The notes under the pieces are model-generated. The model worked only from the letters and a program-made list of their open reading frames with translations. It did not search any database and was not told the origin of the DNA. Positions 63,514 to 64,000 of a stretch of 64,000 nucleotides of DNA are shown piece by piece; positions within the stretch are counted from its first letter, which is position 1; every line of letters starts with the position of its first letter. The translations under genes and the position numbers were made by a program. Origin of the DNA: Halocafeteria seosinensis (Eukaryota); NCBI GenBank assembly GCA_001687465.1, contig LVLI01000140.1, positions 1-64,000 of the forward strand, in the 5' to 3' direction.

Positions 63514-64000
63514 ATGGCCGTTCTACTTGCGCAGAGAACTCACGAAAAAGAGCCTGGCCAAACACGAGGATACTCGGATATTGTTTCTCCCTCGCTACGG
63601 GCTGGAACTACAGGACTCCGAGCCACGATATTTGGTGCCACGGGGTTTGTCGGACGCTATGTTACCCATTTATTTGGTATGTTTTCAGGAATCACATGCT
63701 TTAAAGCTCACTGTACGTTTGTTTACCATTGACATGTATTCCGTGCTATGCAGCGAGACAAGGAACACAATGTATCATTCCTTACCGAGGAGATGAGATG
63801 GAATGGAGACATTTGAAGCAAATGGGAGATTTAGGAGTTGTCATACCTACGCCTTTCTCTCCCCGAGATGATGACTCGATGCGAAAGGTCATTGAAGGTT
63901 CCGATATTGTGATCAATTTGATAGGAAAGGTATGGGTTCCCCCGGCTACCCGAGTGTGTCGCTCTACTCATGTAGCTCTGTGAATTGGACTTGCAGGACT
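63514..64000 (+). CDS. NDUFA9: Complex I 39-kDa subunit (SDR fold), 3'-partial
   Basis: ATIFGATGFVGRYV, GTQCIIPYRG, HLKQMGDLG, SDIVINLIG. Confidence 0.92.

Noticed and set aside
1..64000. CRISPR arrays, tRNA/rRNA genes, prokaryotic operons, alternative genetic code
   Set aside because: None seen; spliceosomal introns throughout, and long ORFs translate cleanly in the standard code. Most short ORFs in the track are antisense shadows or exon fragments.

Overview
Compact, gene-dense eukaryotic nuclear DNA with mostly 55-100 nt GT-AG introns, probably from a stramenopile protist. An intron-containing ectoine synthase with a mitochondrial-type presequence points to Halocafeteria seosinensis or a related bicosoecid (inference). 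The first ~4 kb is accessory: a frameshifted Gly-rich surface-protein gene, a decayed paralogue and two CRE-like non-LTR retrotransposon remnants. About 21 mostly housekeeping genes follow: NOT2, a plasmepsin V-like aspartic protease, DHX37, ubinuclein-like, ectC, a Gly-rich secreted protein, a class IV sirtuin, a CYP, NAPE-PLD, FNTA, a MORN-CBS protein, mL59, RAPTOR, PCNA, a Thr/Ser dehydratase, an RNF4-like RING, meiotic HOP1, ODC, COQ6, an ankyrin protein and NDUFA9 (partial). Best leads: (1) the ODC leader has a uORF ending Pro-Pro-stop, an overlapping second uORF and a main AUG created by splicing, a candidate polyamine-sensing switch; (2) two outlier ~277 nt structured introns (DHX37, PCNA) may host ncRNAs or a splice-regulating RNA switch; (3) a direct/inverted/direct duplicate of the FNTA 5' end brackets a P-loop NTPase pseudogene; (4) a MORN-CBS fusion. 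All splice sites and RNA structures were read by eye, not computed.
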